In this document: piece by piece, positions 41,483 through 51,642 of the stretch
Layout of the letters: the number at the start of each line of letters is the position of its first letter
Numbering within the stretch: position 1 is the stretch's first letter
Assembly (NCBI GenBank): GCA_965215195.1
Contig: CBDCDC010000002.1
Span: 2,528,001 to 2,592,000 of the forward strand
Direction: 5' to 3'
Source: Candidatus Latescibacterota bacterium
GTDB lineage: Bacteria; Latescibacterota; UBA2968; UBA8231
Length of the DNA: 64,000 bases
Notes under the pieces: model-generated
What the model saw: the letters and a program-made list of their open reading frames with translations, nothing else
Told to the model about the DNA's origin: nothing
The model's database searches: none
Translations under genes and position numbers: made by a program

Positions 41483-43873
41483 CTAGTAAAACTGTGGGCC
41501 GAACTGGAAATGGGTCTTCCAGCCGGCCGGCAGACCATCGACCTCCTTGCGGTCAAAACCATAGCCGAAGTCGAAGCCGATCATCCCCAACATTGGCGTC
41601 TGGACGCGAAAACCAAAGCCCAGCGAGCGCCTGAGGTTCAAGGGGTTGAGATCGGGAATCGTCTTCCAAGCGTTGCCCGCATCGGCGAAGAGGATGCCGT
41701 ACACTTGCTGCTCGGCTATCGGGAAGCGGTACTCTAGGTTCAACACCATCATCGAGCGGCCGCCGAGGGGAATCCCGCTGGCCTTGTCCTTTGGGCCCAA
41801 GGAGTAATCCGGATAGCCCCGGACCTGTCCGTCCCAGTAATCAATGCCGCCCGGAGTAAACAGGTCATAGTACGAAATGAGGCTGTCGTCCTCGTCGGAA
41901 AAACCATCTATAACCGCGACTTTGGTCTCCAAACTCCAGACGAACTTCCACCAACTCGGCCGGTAGTAGTTGAAATTCACTTCGTGGTTGTGGAAGTCCA
42001 CATCGCCAGCCACGATCGAAGTCGCGACCGATGGAGTGTAGCTAAAAACCGTCCCCTTGGTGGGAAACTCAGCCCGGTCGCGCGTATCGCGCGTATAAAT
42101 CAATTCAAAGCGGCTTGTGAGCCGATCTTGGTAGCGGGGATCGTTCTCAGCCCCCGTAAAGCTGTCGCTGAAGTCGGAATAGCCTTGGCTATAAAGGCGA
42201 TAGCCCAACGAAAGGCTGGAGTTGGCCGGCTTCTTCAACCGCCGGCCCACTCGCACATTGATCGACTTGCGATTGGATTTCCAGAGAATCGAATTGCGAT
42301 TGTTGCTCCGGTAGTCGTAGTACTGGATGTCTTGCGTATAAGCACGCGCCGACAAACTAGTCGGGGTGTCGAAGAGCCAAGGCTCGGTGAAACCCACTAG
42401 GAACTGCTCGCGCCGGGTGCCAAACTCCCAGTTGAAGTCCAAGCTCTGGCCTAGGCCGCGGAAGTTGGGAATCTGCAACCCGATTTGGCCCACCATCTTG
42501 TCGCGGTCCGAATACCCCGCCCCCAAAGACGCTGACCCAGTCTGCCGCTCATCGACGTTAAACACCATATCCACCAGCCGCTCGTCCTCGCCCGAGCTGT
42601 ATTGGGGCTGGATTTGCACATCCTTGAAGAAGTTTAACAGAAATATGCGCCGCTGACTTTCCTGGACGAGATTCTGCTGATAAATATCGCCCGGACGCAA
42701 TTCGATCTCGCGCCGGATCACCTTCTCCCGCGTCTTGGTATTGCCGGCGATCTCGACCTTGCGAATCGTCCACGGCTGCCCTTCAAACACCTGAAACGAC
42801 ACGTCAATCGAGTCATTGCGAATCGTCTCCTGCGGCACCACCCGCGTGTCCAAGTAGCCCTTCTCGTAATAGACAAAGCGGGCCAAATCGGCCAACTCTG
42901 GCCCCGAGCGCCCATATACCATCCCCTCCTGCAGGTCCAGCTTCCCTACCAATTCGTCGGTGCCGAAGAGCGCGTTGCCCTCCCAAGCGACTTGGCCCAA
43001 CCGGTACTGTAGCCCCTCGTCGATTTCCACGTCGATGAACAAGTGCCGCCGCGTCGAGTCGTAATAGACGCTGTCGCGCACTATGGCGGCCTGCTGAAAG
43101 CCCAAGCTGCGATAGTACGCCAGCAGTTTCTGCTTGTCCTCCTCGTACGTGTCGCCGTTGAACTCGCCCTTGCGCCACCAGCGCTTCTCCTTGGTCTCCA
43201 TCAACGACACCAACCGGCGCGGCTCCGGGCCTTGGCCGTCCCACTTTTGCGGACGCCGCGGACTGCGCACTGGCAGCTCTCGGCTGTCGATCACCGTGCC
43301 GTCGGCTCGGTGCTGGACCAAGCGGATCTGCTTGATCTGCACCTTGGAACCCTCGTCGATGTCGTATTGGAGGAATACCTCGCCTTCTTCTGCGCCGGCA
43401 AAGGTCTGGCCTTTGACATCGGCGCGTAGATAACCCTTCTCGCGATAGAGATCGAGGATTTTCTGCTCGCCCCGCACCACATCCCTCGGCGCGATAACCT
43501 GACCGGTGACCAAGCTCAGCACCTCCTTGAGGTCCTTCTCTTTGAGGTTTTTCTGCCCCTTGAACTGCAAACCCTCTAAGGCCGGGTATTCTTCAACCAT
43601 GATGATCAGGTTGATTCCCTCGGGGACGGGATCGCCCCATATCTGAATATCCTCAAAGACGTTGAGCCCCTGGAGATCGCGCACCGCCTGCTGCACGTTC
43701 TCTTGCGACAGTTCAACTCCAGGCTCCAAGCCCACTGTGGTCAAGATCAACGACTTGGCCACCTTGCGCAGCGCACCCTGCACCTCGACCGAGACAACCT
43801 TCTGGGCCTCGACCGCGCCTCCCATCAACCCCATGGAGAAGACTGCAAAAAGTATAGTGCGAAAATTTTTCAT
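41483..43873 (-). CDS. bamA: Outer membrane protein assembly factor BamA
   Basis: Signal peptide, POTRA repeats (GNTKTREKVIRRE), NFRGLGQ, FTEPWLF, VRGY and FDFGYG. Confidence 0.95.
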   Translation of the reverse strand: MKNFRTILFAVFSMGLMGGAVEAQKVVSVEVQGALRKVAKSLILTTVGLEPGVELSQENVQQAVRDLQGLNVFEDIQIWGDPVPEGINLIIMVEEYPALEGLQFKGQKNLKEKDLKEVLSLVTGQVIAPRDVVRGEQKILDLYREKGYLRADVKGQTFAGAEEGEVFLQYDIDEGSKVQIKQIRLVQHRADGTVIDSRELPVRSPRRPQKWDGQGPEPRRLVSLMETKEKRWWRKGEFNGDTYEEDKQKLLAYYRSLGFQQAAIVRDSVYYDSTRRHLFIDVEIDEGLQYRLGQVAWEGNALFGTDELVGKLDLQEGMVYGRSGPELADLARFVYYEKGYLDTRVVPQETIRNDSIDVSFQVFEGQPWTIRKVEIAGNTKTREKVIRREIELRPGDIYQQNLVQESQRRIFLLNFFKDVQIQPQYSSGEDERLVDMVFNVDERQTGSASLGAGYSDRDKMVGQIGLQIPNFRGLGQSLDFNWEFGTRREQFLVGFTEPWLFDTPTSLSARAYTQDIQYYDYRSNNRNSILWKSNRKSINVRVGRRLKKPANSSLSLGYRLYSQGYSDFSDSFTGAENDPRYQDRLTSRFELIYTRDTRDRAEFPTKGTVFSYTPSVATSIVAGDVDFHNHEVNFNYYRPSWWKFVWSLETKVAVIDGFSDEDDSLISYYDLFTPGGIDYWDGQVRGYPDYSLGPKDKASGIPLGGRSMMVLNLEYRFPIAEQQVYGILFADAGNAWKTIPDLNPLNLRRSLGFGFRVQTPMLGMIGFDFGYGFDRKEVDGLPAGWKTHFQFGPQFY

Positions 43874-43874
43874 A

Positions 43875-46346
43875 TCAGATCGCGACCGCACGCTTCTTCT
43901 TCTTCACCTCTTTGCCCGCACCCTCTCGACGCTCCTCGTCGAAAACTAGTTCCTCGCCTTTTTTGGTGACGCGAATGCGACTGCCCTCGCCAAAGCGACC
44001 CTGGAGAATCTCCTCGGCCAGCGGATCTTCGAGCATCTTCTGGATGGTCCGCTCCAAATAGCGAGCACCATACGCCTGATCAAAGCCCTTGTTGGCGAGC
44101 AACGTTTTGGCTCCGGGCGTAACTCGCACTTGAATGTCCTGCAGTGTCAAACGCGCTTTGAATTCCTCCAAGCGAATATCTATGATGGCGGCGATGTGCT
44201 CTTTGTCGAGTGCGTGGAAAATGATGGTGTCGTCAACGCGATTGAGGAATTCGGGATTGAAGGTCTTTTTTAAGGCGTCGTTGATCTTGCCTTCCATCTG
44301 CGCGTACATCGAGTCGGAATCGGACTTCTGAAAGCCCAATACACCGCCTGTGCCCACATCCCGACTACCCGCGTTAGAAGTCATAATTAGCACGGTGTTG
44401 CAAAAATCTACTTTGCGGCCCGTGCTATCGGTGAGGCGCCCCTCGTCGAGAATCTGCAACAGGATGTTGAAGACATCGGGATGGGCCTTCTCGACCTCGT
44501 CTAGCAGAACCACTGAATAGGGACGGCGGCGGACCCGCTCGGTTAGCTGCCCCCCCTCGTCAAAACCCACGTAGCCCGGAGGTGCTCCAATCAGGCGCGA
44601 CACCGCGAATTTCTCCATGTACTCAGACATATCGACCGAAACCAACGCATCGGCGTCGTCGAAGAGGAATTCGGCTAGCCGCTTGGCCAATTCGGTCTTG
44701 CCCACGCCGGTCGGGCCGAGAAAGATAAACGAGCCGATGGGCCGCTTGGGATCCTGTAGGCCCGCGCGACTGCGTCGGATGGCCCGCGCAATCGCGGTGA
44801 CTGCCTGCTTCTGACCGACAATTTTCTTTGTGAGCGCGTCTTCCATGGCCAACAGGCGCTCGGTTTCGGTCTTGGCCAGCCGCGACATCGGGATGCCAGT
44901 CATACTGGCGATGACTTCGGCGATGTCGTCCGTCGTCACTTCGACCACTTCGTCGCGCACCGCTTCCTCCCACGCTTGGCGTTTGTTTTGTAGCTCTTCA
45001 TTCAAGTGAAGTGCCTTGTCGCGCAGCACGGCAGCATCCTCGAAATCCTGGCGCTCGGACGCTTCACTTTTTTGGCGGTTGATCTCCTGTATCTCGGCTT
45101 CGATTCGGCCGATCTCTTCCGGCGGGCTGAGCCGAGCCAGATGTACGCGCGAGCCCGTCTCGTCAATCACATCAATGGCCTTGTCGGGCAAGTAGCGGTC
45201 GCTTATGTAGCGGTCAGCCTGGCGCACCGCATAGGCAACGACATCGTCGGCAAACTCCACGTGATGGTGGCTCTCGAAGCTGGAGCGCAACCCTTTGACG
45301 ATCTCAATGGTGTCCTCGACCGAGGGTGGATCGACCATGATGCTCTGAAAGCGCCGCTCAAGGGCCCCGTCCTTTTCGATGTGCTTGCGGTACTCGTCGA
45401 GGGTGGTGGCCCCGATGCACTGCAATTCGCCGCGCGCCAAAGCGGGCTTGAACATATTGGAAGCGTCCAACGTGCCCTCAGCACTGCCAGCACCGACAAT
45501 GGTGTGCAGCTCGTCGATGAAAATGATGACATCGGAGTTTTGCTGGAGCTCGTTCATCACCGCCTTGATGCGCTCTTCAAACTGGCCCCGGTATTTGGTG
45601 CCGGCGACCACGCCGCCCATGTCGAGGGTGACCAAGCGCTTGTCGAGGAGGATCTGCGGTACGCGCTTTTCAATGATGCGCTGGGCCAACCCTTCGACAA
45701 TGGCCGTCTTGCCGACGCCTGGGTCGCCGATGAGGATGGGATTGTTCTTCTTGCGGCGACTGAGTACTTGCGTGACGCGCTCGATCTCCTTCTGGCGGCC
45801 GATCAACGGGTCTAGCTTGCCCTCGCGCGCCAACTGGGTCAGGTCGCGGCCAAAGTGGTCGAGAAAGGGCGTCTTGCTCTTCTTGCCCTTTTCCTTGCGC
45901 CCGGTAGTCTTGCCTTCGAGCACGGCCAAGGTCTCTTCCATGGCCGTTTTGTAATCGACGCCAAAGGCAGCCAAAATCTGCGCAGCAACCCCCTCCCTGT
46001 CCTTGAGCAAAGCCAAGAGCAGATGTTCGACATCAATGAACTGCGTCTTCATCTCCTTGGCCTCGTTGGCCGCCACTTCGAGGATCTGTTTAGCGCGGGG
46101 GGTGAAGGGCACCTCGCCGATGGTCATGGTGCCGCCCGAGGTCGTCACGTAGTCCTCCACCGACTGCTTGACCGTCTCCAAGCTCAACCCCAAGTTCGTC
46201 AGCACGGCCACGGCCTTGCCCTTGCCGGCCTTGATAATGCCCAATAGCAGGTGTTCGGTGCCGATGTAGTTGTGACCTAAGCGCGCCGACTCCTCGCGCG
46301 CTAGGTGCATTACCCGTTTTACGTTTTCGGTGAACATGTTGTTCAT
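43875..46346 (-). CDS. clpC: ATP-dependent Clp protease ATP-binding subunit ClpC
   Basis: Double Clp-N domain, two AAA+ modules ([16 protein letters not shown]), UVR middle domain and LGF ClpP-docking loop. GGAGG RBS. Confidence 0.96.
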   Translation of the reverse strand: MNNMFTENVKRVMHLAREESARLGHNYIGTEHLLLGIIKAGKGKAVAVLTNLGLSLETVKQSVEDYVTTSGGTMTIGEVPFTPRAKQILEVAANEAKEMKTQFIDVEHLLLALLKDREGVAAQILAAFGVDYKTAMEETLAVLEGKTTGRKEKGKKSKTPFLDHFGRDLTQLAREGKLDPLIGRQKEIERVTQVLSRRKKNNPILIGDPGVGKTAIVEGLAQRIIEKRVPQILLDKRLVTLDMGGVVAGTKYRGQFEERIKAVMNELQQNSDVIIFIDELHTIVGAGSAEGTLDASNMFKPALARGELQCIGATTLDEYRKHIEKDGALERRFQSIMVDPPSVEDTIEIVKGLRSSFESHHHVEFADDVVAYAVRQADRYISDRYLPDKAIDVIDETGSRVHLARLSPPEEIGRIEAEIQEINRQKSEASERQDFEDAAVLRDKALHLNEELQNKRQAWEEAVRDEVVEVTTDDIAEVIASMTGIPMSRLAKTETERLLAMEDALTKKIVGQKQAVTAIARAIRRSRAGLQDPKRPIGSFIFLGPTGVGKTELAKRLAEFLFDDADALVSVDMSEYMEKFAVSRLIGAPPGYVGFDEGGQLTERVRRRPYSVVLLDEVEKAHPDVFNILLQILDEGRLTDSTGRKVDFCNTVLIMTSNAGSRDVGTGGVLGFQKSDSDSMYAQMEGKINDALKKTFNPEFLNRVDDTIIFHALDKEHIAAIIDIRLEEFKARLTLQDIQVRVTPGAKTLLANKGFDQAYGARYLERTIQKMLEDPLAEEILQGRFGEGSRIRVTKKGEELVFDEERREGAGKEVKKKKRAVAI

Positions 46347-46485
46347 CTAATCATCCTCCACAATCCGCCTATGTAAATGAGGAACTTAATTCTCGACAAT
46401 TCGGAGAGCGCAAATTGAATATCGAGCATTGCAAAATTTGCCGGATAACTCTCGATTTTGAACCTACCAAAAGGGCAGATGGTTG

Positions 46486-47550
46486 TCAAGGTGAACTTCC
46501 CTGTTCGGCCCAGCGCCGCCGCACTAGTTCGGCGCGGCGCACATCGCGGTCTGCCGGAGAGAGATCCGCACGGGATTCGGCCTGCAAATGCGAGGGCTGG
46601 GTAACGATCATTAGCTGGTTGATAACACCGAGGGGCAAGCCGTCGATCATCCCCAAACTGCATCCTAAGCGCACCGCCGATAGCAAGTTCATAAACTCCT
46701 GACCGCTCAACACCCGCGCGTGTTGCAAAATCCCATACGCCCGCCAAACCTTGTCCTCCACTTGCGCTGGTGCGTCTGCCAGCAGGGCGAGCTGCGCCTC
46801 TTTTTCGTGGCTCATAATCTGTTGGGTCACCTCGGAGAGCTTTTCGACTATCGCCCCTTCGGCCACGCCCATGGTGGCTTGGTTGGATATCTGAAACAGG
46901 TTGCCGACCGCATTGGTTCCTTCTCCGTAGAACCCGCGCACCGCGAAAGTCATCTGGGTCAAACCGCGCATCACTCGTTCCATATCCTCGGTCAGGACTA
47001 AGGCCGGCAAGTGAATGAGCACCGATATCCGCAAGCCCGTCCCGGTATTGGTCGGGCAGGCCGTCAAGAAGCCCCAGTGCTCCGATTGCGCCCAGTCCAA
47101 TTCGCTCCTGAGCGCGTCGTCGAGCGCATCAACCCGCTGCCACGCCGCGTGCGTTTGCAAACCTGGGAGGATGGCCTGCAAGCGGAGGTGATCCTCCTCG
47201 TTGATCATCGCGCTGAGCGACTCATCCGCATTGAAGAGCACGCCGCGCTGGCCCTTGCTTTTGGCCAGAGCCGGGCTAATCAGGTGGCGCTCCACCAGCA
47301 ACTGGCGCTGGTTGGCCTGTAGGGCGTTCATTTGGAAAAAGGCCGCATCGCGCATAGGACGACACTTTTGGGCGGCACTCAAGACCTGTGCAATAATTTT
47401 CTCTTGGTCTTCGAGCGTGGTCTTCGGCGCAAAGGGCCACGCTGCGAGGTTGCGGGCTAAGCGGGCGCGACAGCTAACGACCATGCCGTCGGCATCCCCT
47501 TCCCCGCTGAGCCAGCTAGCCGCATTGTAAACGAGGTCTTCGATATTCAC
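46486..47550 (-). CDS. mcsB: Protein arginine kinase McsB
   Basis: SCRARLARN, LVERHLIS, MINEEDHLR, CPTNTGTGLR, VRGFYGEG and FQISNQ. Confidence 0.95.
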   Translation of the reverse strand: MNIEDLVYNAASWLSGEGDADGMVVSCRARLARNLAAWPFAPKTTLEDQEKIIAQVLSAAQKCRPMRDAAFFQMNALQANQRQLLVERHLISPALAKSKGQRGVLFNADESLSAMINEEDHLRLQAILPGLQTHAAWQRVDALDDALRSELDWAQSEHWGFLTACPTNTGTGLRISVLIHLPALVLTEDMERVMRGLTQMTFAVRGFYGEGTNAVGNLFQISNQATMGVAEGAIVEKLSEVTQQIMSHEKEAQLALLADAPAQVEDKVWRAYGILQHARVLSGQEFMNLLSAVRLGCSLGMIDGLPLGVINQLMIVTQPSHLQAESRADLSPADRDVRRAELVRRRWAEQGSSP

Positions 47551-47552
47551 GG

Positions 47553-48062
47553 CTATTTTCCTTCGAGGGCGCGGATGCGGTCCCTGAGCTGAGCCGCCTC
47601 TTCAAAGGCCTCCTCCGCTACCGCTTGGGCCAGCTCTTCGCGCAATCGCTCCAGTTCATCGGCCGCCTGGAGGCTTTGTGCTGCTTCTAGCGGCCCTTTG
47701 CCCCGATGCCTGTTGGCACCGTGGATGCGCTTGAGCAGGCGCTCTAGCTGTGGGGCAAAGGCATCGTAACAATGCGGGCAGCCCAAGCGGCCAATTTTTT
47801 TGAACTCCTCGTAGCTCATCCCGCAGGTTGAACACCGCGTACCCCCGTCGCCTTCGGCCCCGGCCAGCTTGGCTAGCTCTATCTTGATCTCCTTCACCAG
47901 CACGGGCGCGTCTTTGGCCTGTGCAGCCGGGGCTATCCGCACTTCGATGTTTTTTTTGCTAGCGCACTGGTGGCAAAGCAAGAGCGTCTGTTTTACGTCG
48001 TCGACAATATGGGTAAAGGCCATTACGGCCTCGCGCTTGGCGCACACTCCGCACTTCTTCAT
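47553..48062 (-). CDS. mcsA: McsB activator McsA
   Basis: Four CxxC motifs, GRLGCPHCY, IHG..H.GK and a C-terminal UVR motif (EEAAQLRDRI). ATG overlaps the lolD stop. Confidence 0.93.
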   Translation of the reverse strand: MKKCGVCAKREAVMAFTHIVDDVKQTLLLCHQCASKKNIEVRIAPAAQAKDAPVLVKEIKIELAKLAGAEGDGGTRCSTCGMSYEEFKKIGRLGCPHCYDAFAPQLERLLKRIHGANRHRGKGPLEAAQSLQAADELERLREELAQAVAEEAFEEAAQLRDRIRALEGK

Positions 48063-48751
48063 GTCGCACCGTCTTCCATCTGCAATACACCCGCTTCTAT
48101 GCGCCCTCGGCGATCCATGCTCTGGGCCAATTTGCGGTCGTGAGTCATCACCACAAAAGCCTGCCCGCACGCTCGGGCCAACCCGGCGAGCAGTTCGTGC
48201 AAAGACGCGCTCGCTGTCTCGTCGAGATTGCCCGACGGCTCGTCGGCCAGCACGACCAACGGCTGGGTGACCAGTGCTCGCACCACGGCCACCCGCTGAC
48301 ACTCGCCGCCCGACAGGGCCCCGGGCCGGTGGTGCAAGCGGTCCGCTAGCCCAACGGAATCCATCAACTCAAGGGCCTCCTTGCGGCGATCGACGCCAGC
48401 AACCCGCGCCGGCAGCAAGACGTTTTCCAGTGCGGTAAATTCCGGCAGCAGGTAGTGAAATTGGAATACGAAGCCAATGTGCCGATTGCGAAAGCGCGAC
48501 AGCGCCTGATCTTCGAGCGCGAGCACGTCAGTGCCGGCGATCCGCAATTGGCCAGCCGTCGGCAGGTCGAGCGTACCCAACAGGTGCAGCAAGGTGCTCT
48601 TGCCAACTCCCGACTCGCCCATAACCGCGACTAGCTCGCCGGCCCGCACCGCTAAGTCCACGCCTTTGAGCACCTCCAAGCCCTCGCCGCCGGTGTTGAA
48701 TACCTTGCGCAAACCGCGCGCTTCGAGGATGATGTCGGCTTGTTTCACCAT
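48059..48751 (-). CDS. lolD: Lipoprotein-releasing ABC transporter ATP-binding protein
   Basis: GESGVGKS, GFVFQFHYLLPEF, LSGGE and ADEPSGNLD; adjacent to the lolC/E-type permease. Confidence 0.9.
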   Translation of the reverse strand: MVKQADIILEARGLRKVFNTGGEGLEVLKGVDLAVRAGELVAVMGESGVGKSTLLHLLGTLDLPTAGQLRIAGTDVLALEDQALSRFRNRHIGFVFQFHYLLPEFTALENVLLPARVAGVDRRKEALELMDSVGLADRLHHRPGALSGGECQRVAVVRALVTQPLVVLADEPSGNLDETASASLHELLAGLARACGQAFVVMTHDRKLAQSMDRRGRIEAGVLQMEDGAT

Positions 48752-48752
48752 G

Positions 48753-50018
48753 TTACATTATGTATCGAATGGCTTCTACGGGCATCAACCCAGCAGCCTT
48801 GTGCGCCGGATAAATCGACGTGGCCAAGCAGATGACCATGCTGATCGCCGCCACTAGTGCGAAATCCACCACATTCATATCCACGGGCAACGAGCTGATG
48901 AAGTACATGTCCCCGGGAATGGAAATCAGGGCAAAGCGCTGTTGGGCCAAGCAGAGCGCAAAGCCGATCAAGCAGCCCAACAAGGTGCCGATGCCGCCAA
49001 TGACCAAGCCCTGATAGATGAAAATGCGATAAATCTCGCCCACGGTGCAACCGATCGTCCGCAAGATGCCGATCTCGGGCGTCTTGATCAGCACCGACAT
49101 GACCAAGATCGACATGATGTTAAAGGCCGCGACCAGCACGATGAGGCTCAACGCGAGAAAGATCGCCCATTTTTCCAACTCGATCCAGCGGAAGAACTCT
49201 GGGAAAAGCTGGGTCCAATCGCGCACCTGATAGGGATAGCCCAACTCCTCGGTTAGGCGGTCGCGGATAGCAGGCGCTTGGTAGATGTCTGCGACGCGGA
49301 TGTGGATATCAGTAATTCCATCGCCCAATTCGAGCATGCGCTGGGCGTCTTCTAAATGAATAAAAGCATAGTTGTCGTCGTACTGGTACATGCCGCTTTG
49401 AAAGTGATCGGTCACGAAAAAGGACCACGGGCGGGGCGAGAAGCCGTCCATCACGGCTGCTTCCACGTCGAGATTTTGCACCGTCATCAGCAACACCTCA
49501 GAACCCGGCCCCACGTGCAAGCGCCGCGCCAAGTGCTCGCCGAGAACAATCCCCCGCTTGTTTAGCTCTGCGAGCAAGCCGAGGCGTATCTGCCCTGCTG
49601 GATTGGCGTAGCGCAGGTGTTCGGTCAGGTCGGAAACCGCCGGAAAGGTCGCCGGATCAATGCCCCACACGGGAATGCCATCAACCCGGCCCAAGTCGAG
49701 CTGCGAGGCAATAATGACCTTGGAATCCACGACCGGCGCCGCGCCCACGACCCCGACAGCACCTTTCACCTGCTGCAACAGCGCGTCCCAGCCGGCGATG
49801 GGGCCGCCGTCAAAGCGGCGAATGTTGACATGGGCGTTCATGCCGATCAGCCGATTTTTGACTTCGCCGGCAAAACCATTGGTCACCGAGAGGATTATCA
49901 CCAAAGCCGCTACCCCCAAGATCACTCCGCCGACAGCCATATAGGCGATGACTGAGAAGAAGCCCTCGCGCTGTTTGGAGCGCAGGTAGCGGCCGGCGAC
50001 AAACAAGGCAATGCTCAC
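48753..50018 (-). CDS. lolE: Lipoprotein-releasing ABC transporter permease (LolC/E family)
   Basis: RYLRSK, GVAALVIILSVTNGF, LVAAFNI, EIGILR and IYPA..A. GTG overlaps the prfB stop. Confidence 0.9.
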   Translation of the reverse strand: MSIALFVAGRYLRSKQREGFFSVIAYMAVGGVILGVAALVIILSVTNGFAGEVKNRLIGMNAHVNIRRFDGGPIAGWDALLQQVKGAVGVVGAAPVVDSKVIIASQLDLGRVDGIPVWGIDPATFPAVSDLTEHLRYANPAGQIRLGLLAELNKRGIVLGEHLARRLHVGPGSEVLLMTVQNLDVEAAVMDGFSPRPWSFFVTDHFQSGMYQYDDNYAFIHLEDAQRMLELGDGITDIHIRVADIYQAPAIRDRLTEELGYPYQVRDWTQLFPEFFRWIELEKWAIFLALSLIVLVAAFNIMSILVMSVLIKTPEIGILRTIGCTVGEIYRIFIYQGLVIGGIGTLLGCLIGFALCLAQQRFALISIPGDMYFISSLPVDMNVVDFALVAAISMVICLATSIYPAHKAAGLMPVEAIRYIM

Positions 50019-51110
50019 GTCTGTCCCTCGGTCAAATAGGCGCGGATGAACCGGTCGATGTCTCCGTCCATTACCGCTTGGACATTGGCCGTTTCGCAAG
50101 CAGTGCGGTGATCTTTGACTATGGTGTATGGATGGAACACGTAGGAGCGAATCTGCGACCCGAAGTCAATGCTCTTCTTGGTGCTCTCCACCGCGAGCTG
50201 CTTCTGCTTCTGTTCGTCCTTGAGGCGCTGGTATAGGCGCGCCTTCAGCACCTTAAACGCAGTGGCCTTGTTCTTGAACTGCGAGCGCTCATTTTGGCAC
50301 TGGACGACAAGGCCGGTGGGCAGATGCGTGATCCGCACGGCCGAGGCAGTTTTGTTCACGTGTTGGCCGCCCGCGCCCCCGGAGCGGTAGGTTTCGACCT
50401 TCACGTCCTCGTCGTTGAGGTCCACCTCGATATCGCCTTCGACTTCTGGATAGACAAAGACCGAGGCAAACGAAGTGTGCCGGCGGCGGCTCGTATCAAA
50501 AGGCGACAGCCGCACCAAGCGGTGGACGCCGGCCTCGGCCTTGAGGTAGCCATACGCATAATCCCCTTTAACCTCAATGGTTGCGCCCTTGATGCCGGCT
50601 TCCTCGGCCTGCTGCAGATCCACGACCGCGCATTCCATGCCGTGGCGCTCGGTCCAGCGCGTGTACAGGCGCATCAGCATCGCCGCCCACTCGGCTGCGT
50701 CCGTGCCGCCCGCCCCCGAGTGAATGACGAGAATCGCGTTCTTGGGGTCGTCCTCGTCGTTGAGCATCGTGCGAAACTCCAATTCGCCAATGCCCTGCAT
50801 CGCGCACTCAACCTCGGCCTCAACCTCGATCAGCGCCTCTGTATCGCCCTCTTCGGCCGCCATCTGCCGCAGTTGGCCCAAGTCCTCCAACTGTGCGTCC
50901 AAGGTCTCCCAATCCGCAATGGTGTCCTTGAGGATGCGCACCGCCTTGCCGACGGATTCGGCCTGCCGACGGTCGCTCCAGAAGTCCGCGCCCGCCATGC
51001 GCTTCTCCAGTGCGGCCAACTCTTCCTTCTTGCCGCTTATGTCAAAGATACCCTCGCAGCCGCTCTAGCTGCTGCCGCCCGCTTGCCAACTGTTCCTCAA
51101 TCGTGGCCAT
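50015..51110 (-). CDS. prfB: Peptide chain release factor 2, with programmed +1 frameshift (join 51110..51045, 51043..50015)
   Basis: GGQ (GAGGQHVN) and SPF motifs. The 22-codon leader MATIEEQLASGRQQLERLRGYL ends in GAGGG-TAT-CTT-TGA-C, the canonical RF2 shift site. Confidence 0.96.
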
Positions 51111-51624
51111 TGTCGTCTTCCTCGGTTTCGTTGTAGCGATCAAAAAGGAGGCTGTCGTGCTTGCGCTCAGAGGGTATTTCAAAGAGTAGCTGCCCCTCGT
51201 AAACCGCGCCCTTCGTCCCCTCAAACTCGTCGCTGTGTGCAATAAAAAACGGCGATCGCGACCGCGGATAATACCGCCGCCCGCGGTCGTCAACGAGCTG
51301 AAAACAGCGCGGCACAATCGCCCACGCGAGCTGCAAATTCACCTGCAAACGCACGTCGATGAGCACGAACTTGTGGCCCTCGTCGGGCGGGCCGTGAAAA
51401 AAGTGCATGTAGCGCACTCCATCAGGAGGCACCGTCAGGGCAACTTGATTGTTGATGTTGGCGAACAGGTTGGTCAAGTTTTCCAGCTTGTCCGCTGATC
51501 CACCCATCAGGCGCGCCCCAATGTAGATCGGCACAAAGAGAGTCACGCCGCCCAAGACGATGCGGTTGAGCAGCCGCAGGCGTTTGTTGAACTGCTTCTT
51601 GCGCTCGCTTGCTGGAATCACCAT
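51097..51624 (-). CDS. Hypothetical membrane-anchored protein (DUF4352-like Ig fold)
   Basis: N-terminal TM helix, then PDEGHKFVLIDV, FQLVDDRGRRY and GQLLFEIP. Confidence 0.65.
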   Translation of the reverse strand: MVIPASERKKQFNKRLRLLNRIVLGGVTLFVPIYIGARLMGGSADKLENLTNLFANINNQVALTVPPDGVRYMHFFHGPPDEGHKFVLIDVRLQVNLQLAWAIVPRCFQLVDDRGRRYYPRSRSPFFIAHSDEFEGTKGAVYEGQLLFEIPSERKHDSLLFDRYNETEEDDNGHD

Positions 51625-51642
51625 GGCGTTTCCTCAGAGCAC

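Noticed and set aside
46347-46485. AT-rich gap before clpC, checked for CtsR heptad repeats and CIRCE
   Set aside because: Neither GGTCAAA direct repeats nor TTAGCACTC-N9-GAGTGCTAA is present; no regulatory site was called.
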